From: Vicugna vicugna
Taxonomy: Eukaryota
Assembly (NCBI GenBank): GCA_013265495.1
Contig: MU057744.1
Location: 3,113,370 to 3,177,369 of the forward strand
Reading direction: 5' to 3'
Length of the DNA: 64,000 nt
Within the stretch, counting starts at the first letter, position 1; each line of letters begins with the position of its first letter. Under the pieces are notes generated by a model. That model saw only the letters and a program-made list of their open reading frames with translations, was not told where the DNA came from and made no database searches. Below are positions 1 to 12,642 of this stretch, in pieces. Made by a program: the position numbers and the translations under genes.

Positions 1-1127
1 GTCAACTTTTTGGAATAGATAGATAAGGCAAGAATAAATAATAAAGCAGTATTTCAAGAATATCTGAGTTATTCCAAACAGATACTGTCACTATTGCTCC
101 TGTTCGGTGACGGGCAAGTTCTTGTATCCTGTACCTTGGTGGCATGTGGCCGCCTTGGACAGCGTAGGCATGTGCTGTTTACAGATTACTCAGCACCAGA
201 TTCTCACCTAGGGTTGTTCATGCAGTCTTTCCTACCTTTAGAAGGAAGTTGGCTCTAAAGTAAGCATGTATAGTCAAAGCCAAAGAGCTTTGAGTTTGAC
301 TTTTTTTATGGCCAAGTAATTTTCAGTCTGGATCTAGAAACTGACCCTCTGCTTTACCAAAGTAAACAGATGAGTGGCTCGTGGGAAATAGCCTCCTATG
401 ATTAATGCACAGGGGACTCACTGGGGACCTCAAAGTTACGTAAGCTGAGTTGTGGAACATGGGGGCTTCTTTTAACTTTATAAGTGTATTAAACAAAATT
501 TTATACGCACATGTATACACAGACCCGGACACATGATGGACAGCTCATAGGTGTGATAAATTTCATAATAAAAAAGACTAGCTTTACATTAAATTCTGCT
601 TGGAGTGAAGATGAATACTCTAAGTAATTTTCTGTAGCTTAGTCAGTTGCCACTGAGATAGTGGTTTATATCCCAAGTTCTATTTGATTTTCTTTAGTGA
701 TATGAAGTTTCAGCCATGCAGTGAAAGATGCATTTTGATAAGAACAAGAAGATACGTACTTACATGTTAATGAAAGTGAAGAGGATTCATAAATTGTAGA
801 TTTAAAAGTTGAAATATATTTTTAAAATACATTTTTAAAATTCAAAAAATTCCTCTCATTGGATAAATCCTTTTCCTTTTGAAATTAGACATCTTCTCTG
901 TTGCTGAGTTTGAGATTTGAGGTGATGGATTAAGCGAAACATGGTAATTACTTACACTTTAAGAAGTAGCATCTCTTAGGTTGGAAGTTTTATAAAACTT
1001 TAAATGGGTTAGAAAACTTAGCCCTTCTGGGAAAACTGAAGCTGAATTTTTTTTCTTTTTAATGGACAAAAGCAACCTGGAAAAAAATCAAGTTTTAAAA
1101 TACAACTTCAGTATGTTGATTGCCATG

Positions 1128-1265
1128 ATACTCATTCACTCCGTTCATTTCATCTACCCGCCTCCTGTACTTCCTGGGCCGGGTGACTTGTTGGATTCAT
1201 CTTCGCCTAGTTTTGGACAGGGCTGAAATGACTGAGGAATGGGGAGGTGCTCTGCAGTCTCTGAC
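1128..1265 (-). mobile_element. L2 LINE 3' end remnant
   Basis: Degenerate (TTCA)n start 'actcattcactccgttcatttcatctacc' followed by L2-like 3' sequence; very diverged. Confidence 0.4.
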
Positions 1266-2784
1266 GACATGTCTGACAGTGTGCTTCTCTGAGATTTGCG
1301 TCTGGAGCCAAGTGATTCCTGGCCGGCTGTCTGCGCCTGAACCTTCAGCGGCTCAGGTGGCAGCCGTCCTCCAGTGAAGTGACAGACTGTGGGTCTCTAG
1401 GGCCTGGGGTCATTTTCTGAGTCTCACAAGTAATCTGAGAGAGGTAGGCCCAGCGTCAGTGTCATCTGGAGCATTTCAGCCTGAGAACTTTTAGATACTC
1501 TCTCTGTTCCTTCGGTCTAGGGGCTTGCAGGTACCTTTCCTCTGGAGTGCTGCTGCTGGGGAAGATGGTGCCAACTGACATTTTAAAATCTCTGTACCTT
1601 TTAAAGATTGTTAGACTACTTCTTGGCGGATTAACTGCTGAGTAATTTCTTTCTTAATTTATGACTGTATGAGTTAATTTCATTAATGACTTTATTTGCA
1701 ATCAGCATGCCCTATTTAACGGACAATATTTTATTAGAAAAATTTGATAATATATTTCTAAAGTTAGGATGAAACATCTATCTCATTAGGTCATTTATGG
1801 GTTGAGTTACGCTGGCTTTTATGTTAGGAAGAACTAGATGAGCTATCCGAAATTTAATCAGCTGACATTTTAAATATCCGTATGGTTGTATGGTCCAGAT
1901 AATATAAACAAGTGAGGAATTATTGTCACGTTCAAAGGTTTTCAGGCAAGAAGACTTTTCTGTATCTTGAGATCCAGATATATTCAAAATCCAGTCAAGC
2001 CATCAGCCTGTTTCATCAGAATTTCAGACTTTTTAGTAGAAGGGAAAAACAGGTCATGGCCATAACTGAGCTTAGGGTTGTGGGATACATGTCTCTCCCC
2101 TCTTCATGGTCAGTGATGAGCCATTGATACACTGACCGTGTGGAGTTCAGGGCCTCTCATAAGATTGTCGGACAAGACCCCATGAAAGCCCTGGCCAGAG
2201 GAGCAGTTCAAAAGGAATCACAGTCAGGCTGAGAAAGCGTCTTTCATCTCTGAGAAGGTGTGGAATTAAAATTACAATGTTTATAAGAATCAAGACCATA
2301 ATATTAATATTTTTAAGGAGAATCTGTGCGTATTTGGTAATTTACAGACATGTAATTTAAAGATTTTCCTAGTAGAGTTACAGCCTGATAATTCCACTCT
2401 AAAATGTATATTCAGTTAAACTTAGGATTTTGACCAGAGATCTCATTAAGTTTGTATTCTCCATTGGAATATGTAAGATAAAGTTTCTGGCATTTATAAG
2501 GTTAATTAATTAGGTTGTGAGAACTTTGTAAATACTTAGGGAGGTTTCCCATTCAAGCACTTCTAACATTTGAAAAGCATTAGACAGTTGGTAACAAGCA
2601 TCATTCAGGGTGAACCTGAAGTCAGTCTCCACAGGGGCTTTGGTACCTGTAGGGCCCTCCCAGGTCCTTTAGTGGCTCCACACAGTCAAAGCTGGTTTCT
2701 TAATGCTACTAAAAGACTATTTGCCTTTTTCACTCTCACCTCTCAGCACATCCAGGGGACTTGCCCAGAGGCTCCATGAAGTGG

Positions 2785-3113
2785 GATATTGCAACAGGGA
2801 GAATTCAGAAGCAAATAGGAGAACCAGCTCCCTTCCACTAAGCCAGACGTTGAAGAGATTTCCAAAAATATAGAACAATGCCATTTTTTGTACTGCATTT
2901 TTTTAATTTTGAAAAACATAGTTATTTTCCACCAAAATATATTATTTACATTAAGTTTTGTTATGAATGTATTATTTTAGCTTAAGTAAATTAAATAAGT
3001 ATGTGTTTTAATCTAGGACAGTAAATGTGGGTAGATGTAATTTACTTAAAGAGAAGCTCTTTAGGGTCCTCATAATTTCTAAGAGCATAAAGGGATCTTG
3101 AGACTCACTACTC
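2785..3113 (+). mobile_element. hAT-Charlie DNA transposon 3' part (Charlie1-like)
   Basis: Resembles recalled Charlie1 3' end: 'aagccagacgttgaagagatttccaaaaatatagaacaatgcca' and 'aagctctttagggtcctcataatttctaagagcataaagggatcttgagac'. Confidence 0.7.
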
Positions 3114-3539
3114 TAAACTGCTAAAATTACCAAATTTGTAAGGTCAAATAGGCTAACAAAAATGCCTAAGAAAACTGTGGTTTTGATTTGTAACTTTAAA
3201 GAATTGAAGATTAAATTTTAAATCCAAAGTAAACCTGGAAATAGTCTCTTCTAGGCACCAAAAAAATGCCCTTAATGTCATCAAAAATGTAAGATTACAT
3301 AAACTGGGCAGCACTGTCATTTCCCCTCCTGGCTGCAGTCCTGTAATGGGCTCCGTCTGAGGAAGGTACTGGATTTTCACTCATTCATGTGGCCTCTCTT
3401 TCCTCTTGCTGCTAAGGTTTCATTAAGTTGTAAATACATTACTTTCTAAACTAAAAGGGGGAAAAATTTCCACGTAAAAAGACTGTTAATTAAGGTCTGT
3501 GTATTGTGGGCAAGCCCAGCAGGCTAACCCCCTTCTTTC

Positions 3540-3686
3540 CGTGGGGCAAATTACCAGTCCTCTTACCTATACAAGGATAAAAATAATGCAATAATCTTGC
3601 ATAGGTTTCTTGTGAGGGATGAACTAGTACATTTAAGGTGCTTAGAATAACGCCTGGTACATGATAACTGTATAAAAAGTGCTAGT
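3540..3686 (+). mobile_element. MIR SINE
   Basis: MIR core and 3' part: 'cataggtttcttgtgagggatgaa...aaggtgcttagaataacgcctggtacatgataa'. Confidence 0.65.
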
Positions 3687-4170
3687 TTTTTTTTTTTGTA
3701 GTAAAAAAAAAAGTTGTCAGATTCCCTTTAATAAATGCACAGGTATCTTGTTGGAACATAACTGTTTCTTGGTTTGGAGGCTGCCTGTATTCCTTGCTTT
3801 TATATACATAGGAAAAATAAAAGTATATGTAAGACTGATAATGGTGAGGTCAGTTCCTTCAATAATTTAGAATGCTGGCAAATTTGACAGAAAAATTCCT
3901 GGCTCAGTTTTTGATTTGTAATAAGAAATTGATTTCATTTTACTATTTAAATTATTTATCTTACTGGAATGCCACTAGTATGAAAATTAAAAAAATTAAA
4001 AATGTTCAACTTAAGTCAACCATTCCATTATATGTGTATGTGTGTGTATCATAAATTAATTTTAGAATTTATTACATGACCTGAAAAATACTGAAACCTT
4101 ACATGCAGTCCTTGGATGTATTTGAAATGTTTTTGCAATGTAAGTTGTGGTTGTAAAATTTAAAACTCTG

Positions 4171-5720
4171 AGATCTAGTGGAACTTATTCCAAGGATGAG
4201 AGATTGGATTGTTCATTGCCCATAAACCATCAGTGTGGTGCACTACATTAATAAAATGAAATACAAAAGTCATATGATCATCTCAGTAAATGCAGAAAAA
4301 AAGCATTTGAGAAAATTCAACATCCATTCATGATAAAAAACTGTCAACAAACTTGAGTATGGAGGGAATGTACCTCAGCATAATAAAGGCCTTATGTGAC
4401 AAGCCCACAGCTGACATCAGAATCAGCAGGGAAAAGCTGAAGGCTTTTTCCTTTAAGGTCAGGAACAGATAAAAATACCTACTCTCACCACTTTTATTCA
4501 GCATAGTACTGTAAGTCCTAGCCAGAGCAATTAGGCAAGAAAAATAAATAAAAGGCATCCAAATCAGAAAGGAAGTGTAAAGTTATCTCTGTTTGCAGAT
4601 GATATGTTTATTATATTTAGAAAACCCTAAAGATTCTACCGCCAAACTATTAGAACTAATCAACTAATTCCATAAAGTTGCAATATGCAAAAATAAGTTA
4701 ACAACAAACTATCAGAAAGAGAAATGCAGAAAACAATCCCATTTGCAATTGCATCAAAAAGAATAAAATGCCTAGGAATAAATTTAACCAAGGAGGTGAA
4801 AGAGCTGCACATCAAAAACTATGAGACATTGATGAAATAATTGAAGAACACACAATCAGAAGGTATTCCATGCCCATGGATCAGAAGAATTAATATTGTT
4901 AAAATGTCTGTACTACCCAAAGCAATCTACAGATTCAGTGCAACCTCTTTGAAAATTTAAATGGCATTTTTCGCAGAAATAGAAAAAAAAATCCTAAAAT
5001 TTGTGTGGAACCACAAGAGACCCCAGATAGCGAAAGCAATATTGAGAATTAAGAACAAAATCGGAGGCATCAAATTTTCTGATTTCAAAATACATTACAA
5101 AAGAAGAGGTTATAGCTCAAGTGGTAGAGTGTATGCTTAGCATGCATGAGGTCTTGGGTTCAATCCGCAGTACCTCCTCTAAAATTAAATAAACCTAATT
5201 ACCTCCCCCCCCCAAAATTTTTTTTTTAAAAAAGTTTTAAAAAAGGAGCTGAAACAAGCTGGATGATAGCAGTCTATGAAATATAATACAAAGCTATAGT
5301 TATCAAAACAGTATGGTTTTGTCATAAAACCATAGACATAGATCAGTGGAACAGAATAGAGAGCCGAGACATATATGGTCAATTAATTTATGACAAAGGA
5401 GCCAAGGATATGAACTGGGGAAAGGATACTTTGTTAACTGAATTGTGTTGGTAAACTAGACAGCCATGTCTAAAAGAATGAAACTGGACCCCTGTTTTGC
5501 ACCATACCCAAAAATCAACTCAAGATGGATTAAAGACTTTCACATAAGACCCAAAACCATAAGACTTTTAGAAGAAATGGTAGGTGGTAAACAACTTGGC
5601 ACAGGCTTTGGTGACAATTTTTTTTTTAATTTGACTCCAAAGCCAAAGGCAACAAAAACAAAAATACACAAATAGGACTGCATAAAACTATAAAGCTTCT
5701 TCACAACAATGGAAACCATC
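4171..5720 (+). mobile_element. LINE-1 ORF2 internal fragment (RT region), degenerate, interrupted by a SINE
   Basis: L1 RT motifs 'atgatcatctcagtaaatgcagaaaaaagcatttga' and 'ctgtttgcagatgatatg' (FADDM, ~4589-4606); ORF 5466-5675 reads KLDPCFAPYPKINSRWIKD; many stops/frameshifts; no 3'UTR present. Confidence 0.95.
5103..5244 (+). mobile_element. tRNA-Ala-derived camelid SINE (Vic-1 type, long form)
   Basis: Box A 'tagctcaagtgg', anticodon-like 'gcttagcatgc', box B 'ggttcaatcc', then 'aaataaacctaattacctcccc' and A/T tail; degenerate TSD AAATACATTACAAA (5088-5101) / AAATATATAACAAA (5279-5292). Confidence 0.9.
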
Positions 5721-6819
5721 TGTTCTATCAACCTAATAATTTAAAAAATTACACCCTGGTTTGTAACCCTGGGACATTAGTGTGCATTATTTTGTCTGGA
5801 TTTAGAATTGCGGAAAGCTTTCATTAAGCAACCTCCCGGTGCCTTCTAGGAGTTTATGTATTTTTAAAGGAAGATTTGTTTTCACTGGAAAAAATGCTCA
5901 AATATTTATTAATAAGCACAGAAGTTTTCATACTTTCTGAGGTTCTAAATTCCTTTATTTTGTATGTCCCACCCTGTATCATAATAAATATGATAAATTG
6001 CAGCCACATCCTAGGTTAAATATAATATTTGTATTACAGTTTTAAAGTTTATGTATAGTTTTATTTTGAAATCATTTAGTTATAAATGAATCAAACTTAT
6101 TTGTCACTGGTTGAGATTTCTTCATAAACATCATGACAGATGTAAGATTTAACCCAAGTATTCTGCCATCTGAGTCCTTAAGTGCTTATCACATGTAACT
6201 CCCTTGTTCAGAGGTTGCTTTTCAAAATATTCCCTGTATACTTACTATTTAAATGAACTTTTGTGGATCTTAATAAATTAGGGTTCCTGAAAAAGCTGCT
6301 CTGACAGAATTCTTGTTGGCGAGGATATTTCCTGCTGGTACTTCCACCTGTTTTAATTGTTATGCCCTAAAATAAGCAATGTGGATATTTTCACACGCAG
6401 GGAAGTGCTGTAGTTCTCTTGCCAAACCATAAAACATGAAACCTTGATGATTCTGTGGTTTAGGGCATGCACAAATCCATCTGGTAATTTTGAGTAGCAC
6501 CTTGCAAATGTGCAGGGTGACGGCACCACTAGCCGGTAAGACACGCAGGAACAGTAACAAAAAGCAGAGTTGTCAGTTCCATTACTCAGTTCTAAGGAAA
6601 ATATAGCCGTTTTCAGCAGAACAAAGTTTTGAATATGAAACTATTAGAATAATGTTTGCACAAAGAAGGTTTTTAACTTCATATATGGATTCGACATGCT
6701 ATGTGTAGCAAATCAGTTCAAAATGATTTTTCTTTCAGAGCCCCATTTTTTCTTTCTTTTCTGTTTACTTAAATTGCAGGACAATGAAAATACTGTAATT
6801 TGAAACATACAGTTATTAT

Positions 6820-7620
6820 TTTCCAGATTTGTTGAAGCATCATTGTTATCTGTATCTTGCACATATTTAAAGTGTACCATTTGAATTTATAGCATCATGC
6901 ATACATGTGTAAAACCATCAACAAGAGCGAGCTAATGAGTATAGTATATTCGTCACTTTGTAACTTGTTGTCATGTTGTGATTCTTTGTAATCCCTTCCT
7001 TGCACCTCCCGCCTCTCATTCCCCACCACCAGGCAACCACTGGTGTGTTTTCTGTCAGTATATGTCAGTTTGCATTTTCAAGAACTTCACATAAATGTAA
7101 TCATGTGAGAGGTACCCTTTTCTGGTCTAGCTTCTTTCATCCAGCCATCACTATTTTGAGATTTCTTCATACTTCTGTGTGTATCAGTGGTTTATTCCTT
7201 TCTGTTGCTTACTAGTATTCCACTGTGCCAGTACACTACAATTTGTTTGTCCATTCACCTTTTGATAGACATTTGGCTTGCTTCCAGCATTGAGCTGTTA
7301 AGAAAACCTCTGTTATGAGTGTTTGTGTGCTTGTGCTTGGATGGAAGCACTTTATTTTCTCTTAGGTAAATACCAGGAGTAGACTGTCTGGGTCATTTGG
7401 TAGGTTTAACTTTTTAGTAAACTCCCAAACTGTTTTTCGAGGTGGTTATAGATTTTACATTCCCAGCAGCAAATTAGAGTCCAGTTGCTCTACATTCTCA
7501 CTAACGCGTCCTGTCGTCAGTATGTTATACTTTGGTCATCCTGGTAGGTACGTAGTGGTGCTTGTGTTTTTTCAGTACCTTAATGGGTACTGATCTTGAG
7601 CATCTTTTCATGTTGCTTAG
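6820..7620 (-). mobile_element. Old LINE-1 (L1MB/L1MC-like) ORF2 end and 3'UTR
   Basis: Antisense L1M signatures 'caggcaaccactggtgtgttttctgtc', 'gtccattcaccttttgatagacatttggc', 'ttacattcccagcagc', 'gagcatcttttcatg'. Confidence 0.85.
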
Positions 7621-8055
7621 ATTCTTTAATGGAGTGTTGTTGAAATACATTGTTCAAAATGTTTTCTGTTAGGCTGTTCATCCTATCACTGAATATAACA
7701 ATTCTTCACTGATTTCAGGTAGAATTCTATAAATTAAACTGAAAGCTAATTTGATGCTGTTTAAAACTTTTTTATCCATAAATTCGTCAAACTGAATTTC
7801 CATATCCTGTAAAATTGATCTTAAAACAGTGGTCCAAACTGTGAGTCATTCTAGTATTACTACCTATGCTTCAGGAACTGTGATACCATTACTTATGCGT
7901 CTTATTTTTAATGTTGATGCCTCGAATATGTGAGATTATCATTTTTTTCTTAAATGGCATCTTGTACCATTTCTGATGCCATGGTTTTCAAGTTCCTGTT
8001 AATGCTGTTCCACGTATGCAGTGTATTTATAAAACCTTGTGGCTCTATATAGATA

Positions 8056-8270
8056 CAATAATAGCTAAAACTTGCCAGGCACTAAGCTGTTCCAAGCCCT
8101 TTACGAACATTAAACAAATTAGTCCTCGTAACAGCATGAGTATCCTGTTGTGATCCCATTTGGAATAGAGAAAGCTGAGTCACAGAAAAGGAAAGACTCT
8201 TGCCCAAAGTGGCGAGTAGGTGCCAGAACTCGGATTCACGTCCAGACTGTCTGGTTCCAGTGTGCACACC
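8056..8270 (-). mobile_element. MIR SINE
   Basis: Antisense MIR: 'aataatagctaaaac...cccatttggaatagagaaagctgagtcacagaaaaggaaagactcttgcccaaag...ggattcacgtccagactgtctgg'. Confidence 0.8.
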
Positions 8271-10765
8271 CTGTGCTTCTGTGAAAGGCCTCAAATTTTT
8301 CTTTTGCAGAAGTGCTCTGGGCAGTACTTTTTCTTCAGTAGAGTATAAATCATGCCTTCATTTTCTCCCCCTCCAGTTAACTTTTGTACAAGACATAAAT
8401 AAATAAATTGGAGTTCTATCTTATTTCCCTTTTAGAGCAATGAAATTGCCTAAATGTATGTAATAGGAGGAAAGAAAACAAAGTTTAGCTTACTGGAAAA
8501 ATCTTTAAATTGTAAACGGAGTTCTCATCCATTATACAAACTGAGTATGACACAGCCTTGCATGCTCATTTTTATGGCATGACTTCAAGAGTATAGTATC
8601 ATGTGAACAGACACTCGGTTAAGCGTTGGCTAAATCCAAAGTTTAAAAGTGGAATTTTTGCATCAAAGGAAATTGAAGGTGGGTCATTTCTCTATGTAGT
8701 CTGTGTAAACTTAATTCTCTAGTAGGGCAAAGTTGGATAGATCTACCTTCAACTTACTGTCAATAGGTTATAAATAAGAAATTTATGATTGTGATGTTGA
8801 TGGAAAATTAAGTGAAGAGAAAATTTTAATAGATGTTAACACTTCTAAGTACAGTTTATAAAAGTCTGATTTATGGAAGTAGACTTATGCAGATAGACTC
8901 ATTCCTAAAATGACTTCAGCACCGGTCACAGGGCAACAGTGGCTTTTGTGGCTTTTCCAGTCTGGGTTTCTGCCTCCATCATCGCCTTGTGAGCCTGGCA
9001 GTAAGTTCTCTCTCTGCTTCAAGATGCACAGAAATGGAAACACCATGTCTTTTTTCGATCATAAATCTCAGTATTTTATCTTATCAAAAGGCCACTCACA
9101 AATCTGCTGCCCCTAACCTCCTTAGAAGGAAGACGCTTAGAAAACCTATGACACATTTTTTTATTTTATTTTATTTTAATTGGTATGTTGCAAGACATAA
9201 TACCACACATCATTTGGCAGCTTTTGCTTAATTTTTATTAGATGATTTTATTAATTGCTAGATAGCTGTAGTGTGCATTTCTGTGTATTGAATTGCTACT
9301 TCTATAAATCAAAGATATCAACACTGTGAGTTTTGCAAAGTCCCTTTTTTTATATAAAACTTTTCCTTAAATTAGAAAGTATCTTTTCCTTGTTCTATAA
9401 ATTGCATGCCCTCTTTTTCAGACAGATAAGAAAAAGCAATCAAGCCCACAGATAAACAGAACCCAGCCCGTCCCTCACTGCTTGCCAGACTCACTCCTCA
9501 TGGTGTGCTGAGAAACGTCTGCCTGGACAGGATCTTGTCCACCAGCCCAGAGGCATCATTTCTGTTCCCATTCCCTGCAGGCTGCACCTAAAGGACTGCT
9601 GGCCCTTGTCTCACATTTCACCTCCGGACCCACGGTCGTGCTTACCCTCGTGCTGTGTTTCCCGGTGGGGCGAGCTGGGGTTAACGCAGCAAGCGGCAGT
9701 GTGGGGTTGCAGAGCGGGAAAACCTGGTCCTGGAGCCGGGGCCCCGGCTCCAGCCTTGCCCCTCACCACTGGTGTCATCTCGAGGAAGCAAGTCAAGGTC
9801 CAGACCTTGCTCTTCTGTCTCAGTTACAGGGAAGATAAGAGTACGCTTGCTATCCAGTCACCGTGGGAATTGAGGTCGTTCAGGAAAGCTGCCTGGAATG
9901 TGTGAAGTGCTACAGGTGCACACTCTTCTTCTTTTCTGGATATGAACTCAGGGTAGGAGATTGCCACCCAAAGCTGTATCACACAGTAGGCGAGTGAGGT
10001 GTGGGGTTGTCCTCTCATCATCTTCTGTCTGGTGCTGCCCATACGATGGGGTCCTAGGCAGGGAGTGAAGAGGGAGGGGCTGTGACATTCCTGCAGCCCA
10101 GGTGGTGCTAAGCCAAGTTCGGCTGCACTTAATTACAAGACAAGGCCAAACGTGCACCCCTCTTGCAGCCATTTCTGCCATGTTGCAGATTATCTCTGAG
10201 GAGTAACTGGTGACTTGGAGAAGAACAAGTAATTTCAGAGCAACACATTGCTGGGCTTTTCTAAAAATAGAAGACAATGTGCATTTTATGCATATTTAAA
10301 TACAGGGTTTGGAGTTACAGAAAGTATGAGGATTACATGTTTTTTTAAATCTTCCAGTCTCAAGTACCACATAGTATGACCTAAATACGTAACATAACGT
10401 GGTATTAGTTGATGAAAGGTCTGTGGGCCTGAGAGAAATGATAACAAAGGGTACACAAGATGAAGAAAAGCAAACATCCGTTACTGTATGTGTGCATGTT
10501 GTTTTTTAATAACAAGGAGCGTTTTATTAGGGTCTAAGTGTTTTCTTGGTCCCTTACTTTACCCGTGGCTTCGTGGGGTGGTAATGTAGAATGAGACCAT
10601 TTCTGTAAAGTCCAGACGGACCTTTCTAAGGGAGGACAGGGAGCCCTCCGACCGCCAGCCATCACTCTGGAGTAAGCTCCTCCCCTGGCCCGGCCCTGGG
10701 GCTCCCTCCAGGTGGGAGAAGTGACACTTCGATCTAATGGAATGTGATCTGCAGAGAACACAAGG

Positions 10766-10831
10766 AATCACTGTGCTGTACCCCTGAAACTAACCCAGTA
10801 CTGTAAATCTACTCTACTTCAATTTAAAAAA
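10766..10831 (+). mobile_element. Extremely 5'-truncated LINE-1 3' tip
   Basis: 'gaatcactgtgctgtacccctgaaactaacccagtactgtaaatctactctacttcaatttaaaaaa' parallels the terminus of the full-length L1 in this window (35590-35645). Confidence 0.75.
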
Positions 10832-11379
10832 TGAATGAATAAGAACTGCCTTGCTCCTCTAGCCTCGGGACTGCAGGGTCCTCCAGACTGCTTCAGAGTC
10901 AGGAAGACCAGGGTAGAGCCTGCTTATTAGAGGGCATGGTTGTTCAACTGCAGTCACAACCCAAGGCAAAATATAATCTGGACAGATATTTTCAGTTTTA
11001 GTCTGGGTACTCACAAATGAACTAAGGAGAGTCAGCTAGCTGAAGTGGGAAGGAGTGAGACTACATGAATAATGCGGTGTCTTCGTGACCACGGGCCCTA
11101 GGCCCTGATGTCAGTGATGCTTTTTTGCCCGGATGTGAGCCCAGATTGAGGGCAGTCTTCACACTGGAGGCGTTGCGTCTCTTTCCTAAACTCCGGGAGC
11201 CAGGCTCCTTTCTTACTTGTCAGGTCTGCGGTGAGATGTTGGAATCCACATACAGCTTTGGAAAATGATACCTAAATCACGGCCTAGACTCTTCCTTCTG
11301 TGTCTCCACCTTCCCCTCTAGTAAACATCTAATCCCTTCATTAACATGGTTTTGCCTTTTGGTGCCTTCCTGTAAAAGT

Positions 11380-11740
11380 TTAACAGTGTGTAAATGCTCA
11401 TTGTGAAGTTTTGAAAATAAGTGAAAGTACACACACAGAAAGGAATTAAAAATAAGCCATTATTCAGCTCCCAAGTTATAACCACTGTTAACATGAACAG
11501 ATCTGCAAGTTGAACCATATGAAATTGCTGATAATTGCTATTTTTGACCTGCTGAATCAGCAGATTCATTTGGTTAAACCTGAATTTTCTGTCTTTTCAA
11601 TGATTATATTATGTATACATTTGTGCTTATAAGGTTGTGGACACGTTGTCCAGATAACTTTATATCTAAGTTGTTTTTGTTCTTCTTAATGTAACATAGA
11701 GTACATTTTGTAACCATTCTTTAAAAACATAATTTTTAAA
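11380..11740 (-). mobile_element. Ancient L1ME-like 3' remnant
   Basis: 'aatgctcattgtgaagttttgaaaataagtgaaagtac...ataaccactgttaacat' typical of antisense L1ME ends; highly diverged. Confidence 0.35.
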
Positions 11741-12555
11741 TGCGAGTTTCTTTTAAGGAGTTCCTTTATCTGTGTATTTGCTTCATAGACTGGGGGTCCT
11801 GGGCTCCAGAAGGACTGTGATTCAGTAGTATGTGGTAACCATTTACCAACCCAAGGCATTGCTTAAGCCAGCAGGAAAAAGTTGTATTAACTCAGGGCAT
11901 TTGAGCATTTTCTGAAAGATGTTTAACAAGAGAAAATCCAGGGAAACAGATTAAAAGTGTTATTTACACCACTAACAGTATTATATTTCCTGAGAACAGC
12001 TGTACAATAGGCATTGCCAAAATTATAATTCATCACATCAAAATTGACCTTTCCAAATGTTTGAGGTTGTACTTTTAGCTAAATAAAGTTTCAGGAGCTT
12101 GTTAGGTTTTCAGGAGTGTTTCGAAGAATGTCATGGTTGCATTTCAAAATGTGGTGTTTGAAAACACCTACTTCTAAATATTATTATTGAATGTTTTTTC
12201 TATCCCAGATCAATTAGCTTTTGTTTTGCAACACAGCATGCAATATTCCCTTTTTATTTTTCATGATGTTACAGAATCTATAAGTTTTAAGAAAAAATAC
12301 TTATCCAAAGAGAGCAAATTCATTTTTAAGCTAAGCTAGACTCTGAGGAACAGACTTTTTATTCCCCCCTTTTACCCCTGTCCTGAGGCAGAAAAGGATC
12401 CAGAGCTGTTCTGTGAGTGCAGCTCCCCGAAGAAACCTCACCTGACCAAACAAGAGTCAGGGTGTATCTGCCTTGAGGAAGTTCACAGTGCATGTCTCAG
12501 TTTTAACACTCTAAGTAACCCTGTTGTGAAGAGAACGATAGCATAGTGTTTAAGC

Positions 12556-12642
12556 CAGTATTTCCCAAATTTATTTGAGAACCAAATCTCTGTTTGGAGT
12601 ATCGTGGCTTTCCTGGGACTGTGTAGAGTCTAGAAAACACTG
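12556..12642. mobile_element. Possible tiny hAT-Charlie MITE
   Basis: Imperfect terminal inverted repeats CAGTATTTCCCA ... TAGAAAACACTG; no 8-bp TSD visible. Confidence 0.3.

Noticed and set aside
5103..5180. tRNA-Ala(AGC) gene
   Set aside because: Followed by SINE body, tail and TSD; it is a SINE head. The same applies to 36722-36794.
6372..6540. Exon ending at CCG|gtaaga
   Set aside because: Upstream acceptors are weak and no recognisable peptide is encoded.
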